A stretch of 64,000 nucleotides of DNA, from assembly GCA_030141605.1 (NCBI GenBank), contig JAQGDQ010000319.1, forward strand, positions 62,001 to 126,000. The letters are read 5' to 3'. The notes below the pieces were generated by a model. It ran no database searches and was not told where the DNA came from. It saw only the letters and a program-made list of their open reading frames with translations. Below, one piece after another: positions 1-64,000 of this stretch. The translations under genes were made by a program, and so were the position numbers. Origin of the DNA: Tubiluchus corallicola. Lineage: Eukaryota > Animalia > Priapulida. Numbering within the stretch: the stretch's first letter is position 1; every line of letters starts with the position of its first letter.

Positions 1-514
1 CTACTAGCTATAATTCGGTATGTAAATTCTCTTCCTAGCTGATGATAGGACTGCTTAATAAAAGCAAAATAGGAATTTTAAATAAATCTAGTATTTTTTA
101 TATGAGTGACAATTTTTTAGAGAAAAATTGCTTCTTAGCATGTATATCTCGATGCGATGTGAATTTTAATTCAAGCACTTTTTTTTTTTTTACGAAAACA
201 CCAAACAACAATACCATATAGCAAAATACATTATGATAACATGGTATGCATAGTTACATTAATTTCATAATAAAATCGAGCTGACATGATGCCTATATAA
301 ATTGTTGGTTGCATTATAGTCAGAAGCATTACTTGTGTGACTATAAAGCAGTTAATGGTGCTGATGCTAGGGTGCAAAAAAGGGAAGGTTGAAATGATAG
401 AATGATAGTAGAGAGTGCAGGCGATGAGAATTAGTAGGATTAGGTTAGTGAAATGATGTGAATGAGAATGAATATGAGATTGCTATTAGGATATCACAAA
501 AATGTATCAACATT

Positions 515-678
515 TATGAACAGAAGTACACTATGTGCCAGTCTATGAACAGAAGTACACTGTGTGCCAGTCTATGAACAGAAGTACACTATGTGCCAGT
601 CTATGAACAGAAATACACTATGTGCCAGTCCATGAACAGAAGTACACTATGTGCCAGTCTATGAACAGGAGTACACTA
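515..678. repeat. Minisatellite, 29-bp unit, about 5.5 copies
   Basis: TATGAACAGAAGTACACTATGTGCCAGTC repeated. Confidence 0.9.
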
Positions 679-794
679 AGAGTCGGTCTGTCGCTTACCG
701 TGAATGTGTAAAGTGTATGATCTTCTTAGACGTTTTCAAACAAGGTAGTCTTGAAATTAAGATTATAAATACCTGAAATCTGTATTCGTTTCAG

Positions 795-62324
<61,530 letters not shown>

Positions 62325-62511
62325 GTAAGTACTGATCATTATAATAAACATGATGTGCCGTTTGCATGTTATAAAGAGTGTCACGAAATGATGACTTCTG
62401 TGCGATAGAAAAAATCAACGTCACAAATTTGTTTTTCATTTTAAATAAGGACCCCATCTTAATGTCTGGCATTGTCACCATTTGCAGGCCTGACAACTAC
62501 TAATTGATTAA

Positions 62512-63070
62512 CCCTTTCATTACGGAAGGCGGCATACAGGCACCTATGTTTTTCATGCAAGGGACGGAAGGCGGTAGACTGCCGTCCCAGCTCAGCATTA
62601 AGCGCAGTCACCCAGGTCTGTTTATTTCACTGCTACGGCCATGTAAAAACATTGTAGAAATTGGGGTTGCTTCGTAACAAGTAAAGCTAATCAGCCAATC
62701 AGCATCTGAAGCCAGGTGCATTCCACAATACTGTACTGTATAGTATGTTCCCACGCAAAATCACTTGTAGATCGTTGATGAAATGCATGTTTAGTTGATT
62801 GTTCTGCATTGTTATAAAATGATTGCATATTATGGATTAGTATTGTGTCTTTTGTGAAAACTGGTTTCTAAATATAAGTACATGATTATTTATGAGGGTG
62901 TGCACGTGTGTATGTGTACATGAGTGCATGTATGTGTGTGTATGTGTAGAAATAAAACTTAATATTGGTACTCAATAACGAACAGCTGTTTGTTTGTTTA
63001 CAAGATTCTGTTTTAGTAATTGGCCAAAATCAATGTGGCCCAGTTAAAAAGCCACAACGTAGTGAAAGGG
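62512..63070. mobile_element. piggyBac-type MITE (copy 2)
   Basis: TTAA TSD, same TIR and internal sequence as 52223-52825. Confidence 0.9.
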
Positions 63071-63592
63071 TTAATGGCATTGTTTGATAATGTCTATCAT
63101 TGAGGACTCAAGTCTTCAAGAACTGTCCAATCAGCTCAGCTGTTTTCAGGCTCAGTAATATGAAATTCCTTCTCAACAGATCTTTGTGGACAGGTGAATT
63201 ATAAAAAATTTAAACGAGACACCAAAAATTCTTTTACTGTAATTATTTTGACGGACTACAAAATGTAAACAAAATTTTTTAATTAGATGTATATTTTATG
63301 CGCTTTTGCCTTTATAATTATTGTATTTTGTAAGTAAAACTTCAAATTTGGTGTCGCAAGGTCTCATCGTAAACGAGCTGATCGCACATTGAGCTCATCC
63401 TGTAAAAATATTTTTAGTGAATAAATAAAAATGCATAACTTTGTTAATCTTTAATTTCTAGAGATAAAAAATGATGCGAATTAGCGAAAAACAGATTTAA
63501 TATGGAATTATTTTGTAATTAAATTAAGACAACTATATTTACTTGTGATCACTTTTAAATCCGACGGGTGTGGTTTTTTTATGCACATAAAC

Positions 63593-63878
63593 CAGGGGTG
63601 TGCAAATTATCTGACTAGCCGGGCCACATTAAACTTTGCCGCAATTCCTGCGGGCCACAGGCAGTTTGATCAAGGAGCCAAGTACAGAAAGGCCTAATAA
63701 TGATTTTCTTTGCATCCGACCTGCGTACATCATTACTACTACACTCAAGAAACTATTTTAGAACTTATTAAAATTTATATTACAAACCATATATTTCTAC
63801 TTTCAGGACAGATAGTGGTAATTTCATTACAATGCATATTAGTAATATGTATCACACAGTCTGTGTAATACAGTGACA
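63593..63878. mobile_element. hAT (Charlie-like) MITE, truncated inverted copy
   Basis: Reverse complement of about 56893-57176; ends abruptly in an RTE-like tail. Confidence 0.85.
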
Positions 63879-64000
63879 GAAGGATGCCAACAACAACATT
63901 CTATAAAAGTCCTTTGTCTCACCCAGAGGGCCATATTGTTAGAGTCCTCTATGAAATTAATAATCCGTCAGTATGGAATAAGACACCACTGAACTTGTTT

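Overview
This is AT-rich metazoan (invertebrate-type) genomic DNA, not prokaryotic. The whole window lies inside one large + strand gene, VPS13D: I could splice 32 GT-AG exons (795..62324) in consistent phase into about 1,820 codons, including the UBA domain and the VAB/SHR-binding region. Two antisense genes are nested in its introns. The first is a 7-exon gene (35235->24160, about 813 aa), mostly missed by the ORF track. It encodes a signal peptide, a Lys/Arg-rich block, Tyr/Gly/Lys/Asp repeats and a C-terminal divergent pentraxin domain. The second is a class A GPCR with an intronless ORF (44016->42967). The introns also hold a 5S rRNA-headed SINE-like element, an intact 5'-truncated LINE RT ORF, LINE 3' fragments, many MITEs (hAT, piggyBac, Tc2-like, Kolobok-like) and about 16 locus-specific minisatellite arrays. 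Many arrays start at, or contain, exon ends and 5' splice sites, in the transcription direction of whichever gene they belong to. Family assignments rest on motifs and recalled homolog sequences; no database search was run.
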